From Selaginella moellendorffii (Eukaryota > Plantae > Lycopodiophyta), in NCBI RefSeq assembly GCF_000143415.4, contig NW_003314302.1, positions 1,203,921 to 1,267,920 on the forward strand: 64,000 bases of DNA, in the 5' to 3' direction. Below, piece after piece: positions 1-13,655 of the stretch; the first letter of the stretch is position 1, and the number at the start of each line of letters is the position of its first letter. The translations under genes and the position numbers were made by a program. Under the pieces are notes generated by a model, which saw only the letters and a program-made list of their open reading frames with translations, made no database searches and was not told the DNA's origin.

Positions 1-1101
1 GCTGGCAATGAATATGTTATTATTGCTTCTGATTATTTGACTTGTTGGGTGGAAGTTGGTGCTCTTGCTAATGCCTCTGCAATTGCTGTTGGATATTTCC
101 TCCTCAATTGAGTGGTGTTCCAACATTCTTGTTTGGAGCGGATTCTTTCGGATAATAGTCCCGTATTTATGGCTGAAGCATTTCATGTTTTGACGTCTCG
201 GTTGAGGATATGCCATGCTTTCACAAGTGCTTACCATCCACAGTTAGACGGTTTAGTGAAATGGCTCGTTCGGACATTCAAAGGAATGATCACGAAGTAT
301 ATGAACTTTTAGCATTTGGATTTAAATGGTTATTTGCCGTCTCTTCGGTATGCATATGTCATAAGGGTGCAAAGTTCTGTTGGTGCTTCACCATATAAAC
401 TTCTATATAGTCATAATCTAATATTACCAATGAAGCTGGGTTTACCTTCGCAATTACCACGAACTGCCGATACTAGGTTGTGGGATCAGTATTTGATGAG
501 CACTCTTCCACATGTTCGAGCAGAGTCTATTAAACACTTAGGCCGCGTACAAGTGGGACAACAATGGCGCTATAGCTCCCATCATCGTCCACCTACAGAG
601 TACAAAGTGGATAATTTGGTGTTAGTCTATTTTCCCTATCTTACAGTATATGGTTTATCTAAAGGGCTCTTTGCTCAATGGAAAGGACCGTATCGGGTAT
701 TGCGGCAAGTTGGACCAAAAGTTTATGAGGTTTAACATGATATCCAACAGGCTAATCCTCTAGAAATTGTGCATATGCAGTGGTTGAAACACTTCATATA
801 AAGGGATCAGAAACAACCGATACCACCTATAGATCCACTGAGCCTCCTTTTGACGTTCCTCCAAATCCCAGCCCATCTACAAGAGAACTTTGATAGTCTT
901 CCATTATTCCAAGAGGAGGGGATGATGTGAGGTCCAAGTGTACGGCTATGATGCTGTATATTAATATTAGCGTAGTGGAATTTTGGTAGCCGTCAGATTG
1001 GTTTCAATTTGGACCACTCACTTCTCTATATAAGCTAAGGTTTTTGGGCTAATTGATATGCACATTTTTTGTATTCCCTTTCCATATTTCATGCACTCAT
1101 A
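1..1101 (+). mobile_element. 3' end of a Ty3/Gypsy element (family F): decayed integrase, PPT and short 3' LTR
   Basis: ORFs 112-312 (ILSDN..., SAYHPQLDGLV) and 316-735 (WKGPYRV, GPY/F motif) are integrase remnants. PPT aagaggaggggatga at 911-925 is followed by an LTR starting TGTGAGG. Confidence 0.85.
926..1101 (+). repeat. About 176-bp LTR (family F) with TATATAA at 1027-1033
   Basis: TG start right after the PPT. Its 3' end (tccatatttcatgcactcata) resembles the ends of LTRs 43380-43553 and 45528-45678. Its 5' part matches 48832-48947 (minus). Confidence 0.7.
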
Positions 1102-1285
1102 CAGAATAAAATCATTTAAAATGAATTTTTTCAATGGATTAGCTATGTTAAGAAAAGTAAAATTTGAAGATAGAAGAATTATAATCAAACTTAGAAATTT
1201 GATATGGTTTTCAAATTTTATTATTTCTATTTTAAAGTGTATTTATATAAAATTTATATTATATAATAAAATATATAAATCAGAT
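1102..1285 (-). pseudogene. 5' remnant of the AT-rich lectin gene (copy 1), cut by the family F insertion
   Basis: Aligns by eye with 48575-48830 and 6450-6680. Upstream flank 1355-1500 matches 6690-6840 and 48955-49090. Confidence 0.7.
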
Positions 1286-2802
1286 ATAAATCTTTTATTT
1301 CAGAGGAAAAGTTCAAGTTCTTTTCTTTATGTCTAATTTAGGAGAAATATTTAATATTTATATTTTAATGGATGATAACTTCAAAGTTATTTAGAAAAAC
1401 TATATAACATAAATTTATGCTAAAAAAATTTTAAAATAACATATTTATAAATTTTTTTCTTTTCTGTTAAGACAAATAATAAATTAAAATTTATCTTAAA
1501 ACATAGTTTTATAATATTTTGTGTAAATATATTTATAATTTATAGAAAATTTAAACACCAAGTAATTTTAATCTTTTTTTTATAATTTATATGAAGTTTG
1601 ATTGGTTTAAATCCATGTAACTAGTCATATCATTATGATTTTATCCATTTATATTTTTAATTTAAATGATTTCTTGTGATTATACACTTAGTCAGCACTT
1701 GCAACCATGACTAGTTTATTCTTGAAAGAAGAGAAGATTAGAACTATTAAAATATTAAATAATAAAAAAGAAAAAATGAATTTATGTTGGATACCTTTAA
1801 ATACTCTTTTTTTTTGTTAAAAAGTCCATAACACATATTTTTAGCCCTAAAAGTTGACAGTAAGAAATTCGACTTTAGGGTTTTATAATAAAATATTAAA
1901 GCAGAATATTCTACCTGACCGTTGACTTATATAAAGCTTTGCCGTAACAAATGCATTTCCTAAGTGTCCACAAAGAGGCGTTCGTAGTGAAGCAGTAAAG
2001 TTTGAGATTGTATAAGAAATTCAAAAGAATGATTCACATAAATACTTTGCCATGATGGAGAAGGCCAAGAGAAGCTCTTCAGGATGGTGTGCACCGATCC
2101 AATATCACTGATTGTGATCTTCGCCCCAAGGACTTGGGCAAGACCATGATCTGCGAGAGCTCTGTGATATTGTTCCTGTTTTCCTGATGAACCTGACAAC
2201 ATTCCTCTGCTCACCGTATGGATTTGTTTTAGAGATGCAGGATCAGGAGACCTGGTGCTGTGAGGACAAGGAAAGTGTGAGGATTTCAGAGAGGCAACTG
2301 TAGCTTGTTTCATTCTTCTGCAAGTTTGTCCAGAAGAAACATCATCGATCAGGCAGATGGGAGAAGCATTATTAGACAGATCTCACTTTGTGTGGCTGAT
2401 GAAAGAGCAGCACCTCTCTCGCATGGTCTTTTGTTCATCTGATAGCTATTTCCGGAAGTAAGATGAGTGGAAGCTCCAGTACTGTATCTTGGGTTTGGGA
2501 CGCTGCAGCCAAGGAGTTCTCCCAGAATCACTGGAGGCCATGGAACCTTGGGAGAGGGAGACCAATGTCTTGACGATCTCCTAGCCAGATTGCTCAATTG
2601 GCTGTGGAGTGCCAGGTGGTTGATGCTGTTGACGTTTTGGAAAGCTCCAAACCACAACGAGAGGAACCTAGTTAGTGAAGAATGGATTCGTAGCTCTGTC
2701 GAAAGTTGATATACAGGTTTATAATTGAAATTTATTAATATTATAAGGATTTAGGAAATGTAATAATCATATCTGAAAATTAGGTCAAGCTGTATTGCGT
2801 AG

Positions 2803-4746
2803 GAAAGGCGCGCATTCTTTGCGACCAATGGCGTCGCTGCTACCACAGGCGCTTCTCATTCGACTGTTAGCATCACACTTGTCGGGGAGTCCGGTGATCT
2901 TGCAAAGAAGAAGATATTTCCAGTCCTCTTTGCATTGTTCTACGAGGGCCATCTTCCCCAGGTAAGAACGAATCCATCTTTTTTACTTTCACAAGGCTTT
3001 GTGGCTACGCCAGGAGCAAGATGACCGAAGAGTTGCCATTGAAATCAGTGGCAATCTAACTTGCCGGACCGATAGAAGGTTTGCGTGAAGTGTTTATCTA
3101 AAACGACTTGTTTTTTTTTCTTTCCTACAGTGAAAACTGTGGAGACAAGATGGAGGAATTCTTGAAACGCTGCTTCTATCACCCTGGCCAGTACGACTGG
3201 CTTGAGAATTTCGCTCAACTACATGAAAAGCTCAAAGGCCACGAGGTATCTAGTTTTTTCGTGCTGTTACAACTTACCAGGATTACAACTTATTCTCTGT
3301 TTTCTTTTTCTTTGCTGCAGCAAGGAAGAATTGCACACCGCTTGTTCTACTTATCAGTTCCTCCCAATGTCTTCGTGGCCGCAGCAAAGTGTGGCAGTCT
3401 TGCTGCCTCATCGTCAACAGGATCGACTCGTGTGATTGTGGAGAAGCCATGATTCGGAATCTAGCGCACAGCTAACAAGTGGACTTAAGCAGTACTTGAA
3501 TGAAGATCAAATATATCGTAAGAAGGTATTTCTCTTACTTGGCTTGATAGTCTCTTCTTTTTTCGTACAGCATCGATCACTATCTTGGAAAGGAACTTGT
3601 TGAAAATCTCTCGGTTCTCCGGTTCTCCAATCTGGTGTTTGAACCTCTGTGGTCGAGAAAATACATTCGAAACGTGCAGATTGTTTTCGCTGAGGACTTT
3701 GGTACCGAAGGACGAGGAGGGTGTGTAGGCTTCACACATCTTTTCTGTTTGTAAAACGACTTAACATTTCTTCCAGGTACTTTGATCGCTACGGCATCAT
3801 TCGAGACATCATGCAAAACCACTTACTCCAGATTGTAGCCCTGTTTGCAATGGAGCCTCCAGTAAGCTTAGATGCGGAAGACGTGAGAAACGAAAAAGTA
3901 AGCTAAACTTTTGCCTCGGTATGAAGAGATTTTACTCGTTTTCTCCAGGTAAAAGTTGTAAGGTCTATGAGGCCTCTAAGTATCGAAGATACTGCTGTTG
4001 GTCAGTACAAAGGTTACTCCAAAGACGGTGTGAGATTCCCCGGCTACACAGACGATTCCACCGTGCCCAAGAACAGAATCACTCCGACATTTGCAGCGGC
4101 AGCTCTCTTCATAGACAATGCTCGTTGGGATGGCATGCCATTTCTTATGAAAGCCGGAAAAGCTTTGCAAACCAGACGGTACGTAAAATTGCTGCATTCT
4201 GGATTCCGCAAAGTTTCATATTTTGTTTCGTGTGTGGTTCACAGGACCGAGATTCGAGTTCAGTTTAGACACGTCCCTGGAAATCTTTTCAAGTGGAACC
4301 TCGGTATTCTTTTCAAGCGGAATTCGGTACGGAATTAGACAAAGCCACAAATGAGCGAGTGATTCGAGTCCAGCCAGACGAAGCCATTTATCTCAAGATC
4401 AACAACAAAGTCCCAGGGCTGGGAATGAGACTCGATCGAAGCACTCTGGACCTCCTCTACGCAGACAGGTAGAACGAGCTAACAGTTTATTCTTTTTTAC
4501 GAGCTAAAGTTCCTATGTAACAGATACTCGAAAGAAATCCCTGATGCTTACGAGCGATTGCTGCTGGATGCCATCGCTGGAGAGCGCCGTCTCTTCGTCA
4601 GGAGCAATGAACTGGACGCGGCGTGGAAGATTTTCACTCCTCTTCTCAAAGATCTCGAGAGAAAGAAGACGGCGCCCGAGTTATACCCGTACGGAAGCCG
4701 GGGTCCCGTGGGAGCTCACTATCTCGCGACCAAGCACAACGTGAAG
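2803..4746 (+). pseudogene. G6PD: Plastidic glucose-6-phosphate dehydrogenase pseudogene with short introns
   Basis: Exons encode [38 protein letters not shown] (plastid redox Cys pair), [46 protein letters not shown] and [11 protein letters not shown]. Lesions: frameshift near 3040, deletion in EKPFGRD at 3450 giving TGA, duplication with frameshift at 4284-4330, no transit-peptide exon, truncated C-terminus. Confidence 0.93.
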
Positions 4747-5574
4747 TGTAGAAAAGCGCTAATTTTGAAATATTCAAATTTGGAGATCCAACGTGGATGC
4801 AATGTAAAGACCACTTCCCAGACCAGCGCGGCCGTTTGGCAATGGCGATCAATGCTAGGGCAGGGGGAGCTTTGATTGGAAGTTCGCTTGGAGAATTTTG
4901 CTTGCCATGGCATTAGATTAGTCAGAGGAAAGGTTGTTTCTTCGAAAGAGAGGCGAATGATACAGATGCTGACGAGATTGAAGAGCATGGTTTGGGACTT
5001 TGGTAATTATCCTCAAAGATTCACAGAGGTTTTGGGGTCTGGATAGTGAACATTGTACATTAGTGGAATATAGTGGAGTTAGTGGATATTCAATGGATTT
5101 CCCACAGGTTTTTACACAAGAGGTTAGTGACTGTTGTAGAAGTCAAGAAGTTGTTTCAGGATTTGCTGACCAAGGTATAAAGTTCAGAAGTGTATGTGTT
5201 TGATGTCTTGATAAGTCCTCTTGCTAAAAATTTCTTGAATTGGTCAAATGAAGATGTAATGAAATAAATAAAGCTTTATTGCAGAAGTAATACTATAAAT
5301 AAAGATGTTTTGATCATGAATTTAAGGCATAATTTAAATTTTATTATGATGGTTTTCTTGATGGTAAGAATAAGTGGAAATTTCTCTCAGCAAATATAAA
5401 TTTTTTTCTAACACACTTCCCAAACTTGAATTTATCTATGGAACTTTGCTAATATCTTGTTTTAGTTGTTTTCTCCCACATTAATAATGACATATATAAA
5501 AGTTAGTACTGAAGAACAAAAGCCACTCTAAAGTTTTGGATTGCCACTATTAACAGTGTTATTATTTATATAAC

Positions 5575-5700
5575 TGGCACTTGACTATTAGCATATGTTA
5601 ATGTTCAGGTAATCTTACAAAGAAGAAGACATTGTTCTATGAGGGACATCTTCCTCAAGTAAGAAAGAATGCATTTTATTCTACTCACATGGTTTATATA
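5575..5700 (+). pseudogene. G6PD: Highly decayed second G6PDH exon remnant (GDLAKKK...FYEGHLPQ plus donor site)
   Basis: ggtaatcttacaaagaagaagacattgttctatgagggacatcttcctcaagtaagaaagaat matches 2893-2975 with an internal deletion. Confidence 0.75.
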
Positions 5701-5794
5701 CACTAATTAGAACTTTTCTCAAAAGTAAAATATTTAAAATTTCAAATTATATATAAATACAAGTACATGTTATAGATAATTTTCAGAAATTCAT

Positions 5795-6630
5795 TGTATG
5801 CATAATTTATTATTAGCAGTATTTGTTGCTCATAAAGGATCATTAAGAAATGTTGCTAAAGAGATTACTAAATCACAATCATTTTAATTGTTAAATATGA
5901 AGGTACATGATACTGATCTTTACAATATTTTCTTGTTGAATATACTAATTCTTTATTATTTTTTAAAAATAAATTAGCTTTATTTTCTAAAATTAAAATA
6001 CAGTTAAATATATATATATTTTACTATAGGCCTAACTCGCAAAATTTCTAATTTTTTTAAAAATAAAATTACATGACAAGACAAAGTCAAATAGAGTATA
6101 ACCTCAAGAGTTTGGAGAAATTAAAAAATCTCAGAATAAAAATCTGAACCATGATATAAATTACTATTAGTAAAATAGGTATTACCTAAATTTTTCAATG
6201 TAGTATACTTTTTATAACTGAAATATAATGAATTAGAATTAGAATTAGAAATTAAGGGTTTCATTCTTGAAATAGCTAGATAACTTTTTTTTAAATAATT
6301 AATTTTTTTTGAAGAATATTTTCTAGCCCATATATAATATTCTTTTCTTTGATATCTTGTGTAGATCTAGAACATATATCTTCACATTTAACAATTATTT
6401 CAATATTTCCTGGTGAAGTCAAGATAATTTTTGAATTTGAATAAGTTGCAGGATAAAATTATTTTAAATTAATTTTTTCAATTAATTTCCATATAAGTAG
6501 AATAATTTATCTCATGTCTTCTGGTTGTAAAAGATGAAGTTGTTAAAGATTTAGGCTTAGCAGTATTAAGGAAAGATAAATTTAAAGACAGAAGAATTAT
6601 AATTAAACTTAAAAGTTTGACATCATTCTG
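5795..6630 (-). pseudogene. Disrupted full-length copy (copy 2) of the AT-rich bulb-type lectin gene
   Basis: Colinear with 47892-48764 but with in-frame stops and indels; no ORF in the supplied track. Confidence 0.85.
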
Positions 6631-7463
6631 AAATCTGTATAAATACTTTTTGTTATATAATAAAATTTATATAAATCAACGATTATTATTTATATTTTAA
6701 TGGATGAAAACTTCCAAAGTTATTTAGCAATAGTCCATACACATAAACATATGATCAAATAGATCAATAAAATATTAATAAATTTTTTCTCTGTATTATT
6801 ACGAGAAAAAAAAAATTTAGCTTAAATTTTTATTTGCTTAAGAAAACATATAGAGGGTCTGGAGTGGTAATGGTTATACCTAGAATATACTTGGATATTC
6901 TACAATATTCTAAAATCTAGTGATTGTTATTCATTTAACTTAATCTTGTATTAATAATTTATAAACTATTTTAAACACTTTCTAATATATTCTAGTTTCT
7001 TCTACTATCTAATAGAGCATTGGCAGGCCTCAGTCATCTACTATGATAACTTGCACAACAGCCACCACAAGGTAATTGCTGTGCAAGCTAAGCTCCTATA
7101 GAGAGTTGGTGCTAGTGGGGGCTTAATTTGAGGAGTTGGCTCGAGCCATTTAAGTCAATCACTGTCTCTTTGATTCACTTGCCTACTGACAGAAGTGTAG
7201 GGGCAAGCCACTTTGTTGGCTTCCATCTAACAAACTCTCAAATACAATCATTAGAAGAACACCTAAGCCAATTGACCAAATGATATAGTTTTCAATATTG
7301 TAACTTCAAAACTTTTGCTCATTGCTAATAATCTAGGGATAAAAAAGGGCATAATAATATTCTAATAAAGAAACATAGAACATCATAAGTAATCCCATGA
7401 ATGGTGGAAAATTGAGTTACCATAAAGGTGTAAAGAAAAAACTCAATATAAATAACTAAAGAG

Positions 7464-8973
7464 TGTAATCTATAATTTTTTCCTTTCCAATTTGAGAACT
7501 TACTTGGTCTATTTAACCAGCTTTGCTTTGGCTTCAATTAAGTTCCCTTGCGAAGGTTTCCACTTATGTATTAACTTCTATTTGGTCTTACTTGGATCTA
7601 ACTACTCACTACATGAACAATGAAGTGTTATCCATCTATGTATAGATTTTTAAATTCCCTTCCAATCCTTTTTCCCAAGTTAGGCTAGACTTAAGGTTTG
7701 GATACACTACCTATAGGCACAAGTAGCCAAATATATCAAGCCTCCAAGTTCTTAACATTTTTTAATACAACAAAACTTGATTATACGACATTTTAAATCC
7801 CAAGCTTTAAATGCATCTTTTACTTCGAGACCCTAGCGGGAAACACCGTGGCCTAATAGCTTAATATGGGTACCTTTACTCCCCCACTCTTGTCCTAAAG
7901 GGAAGGCATAAGCCTCTAAGAAGGAGCGAGGACCAATAAGCTATATAATACTTAAGTGGGCCACCACTCTAGATGAGGTAAGAGCATTGTAGTAGATTTC
8001 CTTTCTAAGAGTGGGAGCTATTGTTAAGCATTTTCTTGTGTGGCCTCTTTGGCACCTCCCAAGTCTATGCTCACTCCCATTTAAGGCTACTAACCCCTAA
8101 TCCCAACCCCAATTCGGTTTGGAAGAACCATTGAAGCATTCCTTCAAAATTGGGTCTTGGACCTTATTATCCCTATTATACTTTTGAAAAGCCCTACTAC
8201 CCCTTGCCCCCACCCCCCATAGAGACGATTGCTTTGGGCTTTCACCCCATAACTTGTATTAGTATTTGGACTTGGTTTCAGACTCGATCTTGGACTTGGT
8301 CTTCAACTCGATCTCAAACTCAATCTTGGACCCAATTTTGGATCTCAGACTCGGTCTTGAACTCAATCTTAGACTCAATTTCAAATTTGGCCTCATTTGA
8401 TGAGCTCTTTATCATTTCAACTTAAGACACCTTAAAGAGTTGGTTCCATACAACTCCACCACCTATAGATGAAATTTGATGCCCATATCAAATGTATCTA
8501 TTTAATCTTATGACTTGTTGACCATGCTTTAGGGGCATCCCCCCATTTAGCGATGTGCTTAAGTCAACCTCCTCAACTAAGAACCCATGATAACAAGATA
8601 TAGGTGTTTTTATACATATCCCTTCACCTCGCCCTCGTAGAGGGTTGGGACTTGAACCTAGCCTTGCTTTACTAAGGGGTTGGGACTTGAACCCAACCTT
8701 TGTAAAATACATCTATAGATTTGACATCCCTTGGAGAGTCGAGTGTAGCTCTCTATGCTTAGTTGACCTTGTTGAACCCATACTAATTAGTTTATCTTTG
8801 GTGTGCCTTCTAATCTTAACATATGTCATTCCTCAATTTTATAAATGAATACTTTAATTAAACTTTGCATAAGTACATAAAGTTTTACTTTGCAAAAATT
8901 TCTCTACTATCTTTTAAGTGTTTGCTAAGTTTTCCTCCAGTTCCCATATTGCTTCATAGAGTGGAAATCCTTT
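7464..8973 (-). mobile_element. Old truncated family A chromovirus: chromodomain remnant, 3' UTR, PPT (8453-8463) and 3' LTR (7464-8452)
   Basis: Reverse complement aligns with 26290-27945. Confidence 0.85.
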
Positions 8974-11498
8974 CTTCATGGGTTGCCTCCATTATGAGGT
9001 GTGGAGTATGGGATTATATTAGAGCCGAGGACACGGCTAATTTACCAGCGTCCATTTTGGTTAAGTTATGTGGAGGAGCAAGAAGTCCAACGACAAGTTA
9101 AAGAGTTACTTGAGTTTGGATTTATTTAGCCAAGTAAGTCTCCATTTGGTGCTCTAGTTTTGCTTGTGAAAAAGGATGACTCAATATGGATGTGTATTGA
9201 CTATCGTGCCTTGAACAAAAAGACAGTGAAGGATAAAATGCTGATGCCGCGTGTGGATGATATCTTATATAAGTTTGGTGAAGCACGAGTGTTTACCAAG
9301 ATTGATCTAAGTAGTGGATATTATCAGATTGCAATGGATGATGCATTTATCTCCAAGACAGCATTCAACACAAATTTCAGATATTTTGAGTTTACAGTTA
9401 TGCCGTTTGGTTTGACAAATGTATCAGCCACATTTACTTGGTTGATGATGGAGATGTTTAGGTGTTATCTTCATGAGTTTATAGAGATTTTCTTGGACGA
9501 TATTTTTGTTTTCAGCAAGAATATGGAGGAGCATAAAGTGCATTTGTGCAAGGTATTTTTGTTACTTTATGACAACAAACTTTATGCGAAGAAGAGCAAA
9601 TGTGAGTTTACAAAGTCAGAGGTGGAATATCTAGGCCATATTATGACATTTAAGGGTGTCAAGATGGATCCAAGGAAGGTGGTTGCAGTGGAGAATTAGC
9701 CTACATCAACTTTAGTGGTCGAGTTACACAGCTTTCTTGGTATGGCTAATTACTACCAATGTTTCCAACATAAGTTTGTGGAGGTGGCTATTCTTTTGAC
9801 ACGATTGTTACACAAGAATGTATCATTCAAATGGAAGAAGCCACAAAAGGAGAGTTTGTGGTGTTGAAACGATTGTTGAGCAAGACTCCAGTGCTTCGTA
9901 TTGTTGATCCATCAAAACATTATAAGGTGATATGCGATGCGAGTGGTTATGCACTAGGAGGAGTTCTCATGTAAGAGGGATAGCCTATTGCATATGAGAG
10001 TCAAAATTTGAATCTTGTAGAACAACACTATTCCACATATGAGCAGGAGTTACTCTTTATTATTCATGTTTTGCGGACATGGCAACACTATTTTTATGGT
10101 GTAGTGTTCGTGGTGTTGATGGATCATAAATCACTTGTGTATTTTTTCACACAAAAGGATATGAGTTGATTAAGTGCAAAGGCTGATATCCTTGAGTATT
10201 GTAAATCATGCGAGCTTTGTCAGCAAGTAAAGGTGCCACGAGAGAAGCTGGGGGGACTTTTGCAACCTTTACCTATTCCTTAGAGCTATTGGTGTAGTAT
10301 CTCTATGGACTTCATTACTTGTTTGCTATAAACACAAAGGCAAAAGGAGCAAGTATAAGCTATAGTGGATCGTTTGACGAAGTATGTGCAGTTGTTGGCT
10401 CTTCCGAAGATTATCATTGCCTCAGACTTGGCTATAGTCTACTTGGAGAAGGTTTTTCCTAATTTTGGTTTGCCAGAGGATATCATTAATGATTGAGATT
10501 CAAAGTTTACAAGTGGATTTTGGAAGAGCAATGGACCAAATGGAAGCCCCTTTCTCATTGGTGGATGGGATTCTCTACTATAATGGTTGTGTATATTTGC
10601 CACGAGTGGAAGTGTTAATTACTCAAGTTTATTCCACTATCATGACCATCCAGAGGCTGATCATTTTGGGGGGAAGAAGACATATGAGTTGATTAAGTGC
10701 AATTTTTATTGGAGGAATATGAAAGCTGATATCCTTGAGTATTGTAAATCATGCGAGCTTTGTCAGCGGGTTAAGGTGCTACAAAAGAAGCTAAGGGCAG
10801 TTTTGCAACTTTTATCTATTCCTCAAAGTCATTAGTGTAGTATCTCTATGGACTTCATCACTTGTTTGCCATGAACACAGAGGCAAAAGGAGTAAGTATA
10901 GGTCATAGTGGATCAATTGATGAAGTATTTATGGTTGTTGGCTCTTTAGAAGACTGTCACTGCACCAAACTTAGTTGCAATCTACTTGGAGAAGGTTTTT
11001 TTTTTTTTTTTTTGATTTTTGTTTACCGGAGAACATCATTAGTGATCGAGATTCAAAGTTCACAAATGGATTTTGGAAGAGTTTTGTGAAGGCTATACAA
11101 GTGACTTTGAAACTCTTGAGTGGAGATCATCTTTAGACAGATGGGCAAACCAAGCATGTGAATCAGGTGGTGCAGGATATGCTACATTGTAGCATTGGCC
11201 AAATGCAAGGACAGTGGGATTTAGGTGTTACATTTAAGTAAGGATATTCAAGATAAGCTTGATTCTGAAGCGACTGATCTAGCCATAGAACTTCATGAGA
11301 TTCTGGTGGTGTGCAAATGGAATTTGTAGGTAGCTCAGGATAGAGTGAAGAAGTTTGGTAATGAGCATTGCCAATTCCGGGAATATAAAGTGGGTGATCT
11401 CATCTTCATATGAGTGATCTTTTCATCAAGTGAGCAGTAGAACACCTTAGTGCCTTTACGGATAGGGAAGAGTGATAAAATTTCCCATCGATATGCTA
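8974..11498 (+). pseudogene. Family E Gypsy pol remnant (RT, RNase H, integrase with internal duplication), inverted relative to its gag
   Basis: MCIDYRALN, KIDLSSGYYQI, VMPFGLTN, FLDDIFVFS (9160-9699); YHDHPEADHFGGKKT and CKSCELCQ. Segment 10160-10525 is repeated at 10683-11075. Confidence 0.9.
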
Positions 11499-13278
11499 GA
11501 GGCAACCCATGAGGAAGTTTAGATGGAAAAAACATCAGAAAACTCTTTGAGTACATCTTATACTACTGCTTCTCCCCCACACGTGCCTTGGTCCCCCTCA
11601 CAAACAAACAGTAAGTAACTCGAAAGTGTTCTTCCATTATGACAAGCTCACTTCAAAGATGTAGCGAAGAGTATAACAACTAGAGGTTGAATTCCCTCTC
11701 CAAACCACACATCTTTAATGCCACCATACTCTAGTGAGACACACTTAATACTCCACTTTATCTCCGGATCCACCTTCACCAACCATGGCATCCCAAGAAT
11801 GAGATCCACATAATAGATATTTGCGAGATAAAAAGTTTTTATAAGTGTGGTTTTGCCAGCAAACACTTCCAGCCTCTCTATATAAGCATCGAAATGTTGA
11901 GCAAAGGTAGTTGCACCTTTCACCATGTATGGAAGAACTCCTCATGTGATCAAGCTATACTCCGCAACAAACTTTGTTGAAACAAAGTTGTCATCACTCC
12001 TACTATCTAGTAAAATCTACATTGGATCGCCACAGAACATGCCCTCTAGCATTAAAGTTAATTCATGAGTGTCTTTGAGCTCTATCTTGTTCCACACACA
12101 GTTGAGTTGACGAGCAATGATCAAAAGCTTCTTCCTTCGACTGGAATGGATGTCCCCATCATCCTCAGAATGCAAAGTTTGCAACTTTTTAGTATCTAAC
12201 TTACTGTCAGTAGAAGATTGGCCATTCTTTTTGCCCTGCTGCTTGTTCTGACAACTTTGTCTATAATTCTTCACAAAGAACTTCTGCTTCTTTGACCCCT
12301 TTGCATCTGAAGTAGTCACCACAAACTTCAACTTGTGGTGCTTGTTCCCATCCTTATATCCATGGCAATCATCATGATGATTCTCGACAGAAGGACTCCA
12401 TGAATGCTTATGAGACTTGTGCTTGTCATTGTCAAGCCAACGAGCCACATCAAAGAGATCCTCCAAACTCTTTGTAGGCTGAGAATGATGCAAGTGTTCC
12501 CACATGCTCTCACTATAAAGGCTATTAATGAAGTAGGACTTGTTCTGATCTAGATCCTTTGGAACACGAGTAATCAAATGAGTAAGCTTCTCAATATAGT
12601 CTGTAAGCATCCTTTTCCCTTGCTAAAATAATCAAAGTTCTATACGAACATTCTCCATGTTGTAGTGAGGGGCAAAACATAAATGAAAAGCAGCTTCAAA
12701 CTCATCTATGGTTAACACTGGTGGTTTCTTATCCGCAACACAAGACTCCTCAAGCCAATTCCACCATCGAAGACCTGCATCATGCAAAACCATTGAAATA
12801 ACCATTAAAGCCTCTGCATCCAGAGTTCCCCTAACAGCCAATAACTTCTTCACATTGGCTAGCTAAGCAAGACACTTGTCCATACCACCATCACTAGAAA
12901 GGTTGGAATCTTGAATTGATCTACCAAGGAAAGCTTACTTGGAGCGCTACCACGTCCAACCTTGAGTGCCTCAACACGCCCACACATGATATCCATCATG
13001 CCATCTCGTCTTGCATCTCTTACTAATTTTGATTAAAGGCTCATAACTCATGAATAACATCTTTAATGGTCCAAACCTCCGCAACTCCATTAGCACCATC
13101 ATCAACACCACCATCAACAATAGGATTTTAACATTCAGCTTGGTCAGCCATTGCAACTAACTCCTTTAAATACCAATGTTCCCTTAAACCCTAAGCCAAT
13201 TGGCTAAAGGGGTGATCACTTGATTGCAAGGCCCTTTCTTTATCATATTATCATATTATCATGACCTGGTGCTTAATA
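11499..13278 (-). mobile_element. Family E 5' part: short LTR (13177-13278), degenerate tRNA-Met-type PBS (13164-13175), decayed gag and protease
   Basis: Minus ORFs 12632-12853 (LHDAGLRWW, gag), 12017-12610 and 11648-11926 (DLILGMPWL, protease). The LTR matches 32339-32442. Confidence 0.8.
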
Positions 13279-13655
13279 GTCTTGGTCTTGATCTCGGTCT
13301 CGGTCTTGGTCTCAGTCTTGGTCTTGGTCTTAGTCTTGGTTTAAGTCTCGGTCTCGGTCTTGACCTTAGACTCCATCTTGGGTCTATCTCGGATTTGACA
13401 TCAGACTCCATCTTAGATCTATTTCGGACTCCATCTTGGGTCTATCTCAGACTCTATCTCAAGTCCATCTTGGGTCCATATCAAACTCCATTTTGGACTC
13501 CATCTTGGGTCCATCTCAAGTCCATATCGAATTCCATCTTGGACTCTATCTCGAGATCATCTTCTCAAATTCCTTCTTGAACTCCTTTTCAGAATCCATC
13601 TAGAACTTTTTTTTGGACTCCTTTTTAGACTTGTTCTTGACACTTCCATGTGTCA
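13279..13655 (-). repeat. Decayed family C LTR fragment (6/12-bp repeat array)
   Basis: ggtctc and gactccatcttg repeats ending in ttccatgtgtca, matching 56910-57420. Confidence 0.75.

Noticed and set aside
1960-2709. Gene upstream of G6PDH (QIAQLAVEC...VDVLES faintly kinase-like)
   Set aside because: Too short and degenerate to assign.
2803-4746. Functional G6PDH gene
   Set aside because: At least three frame-disrupting lesions, GASG changed to GESG, and missing termini.
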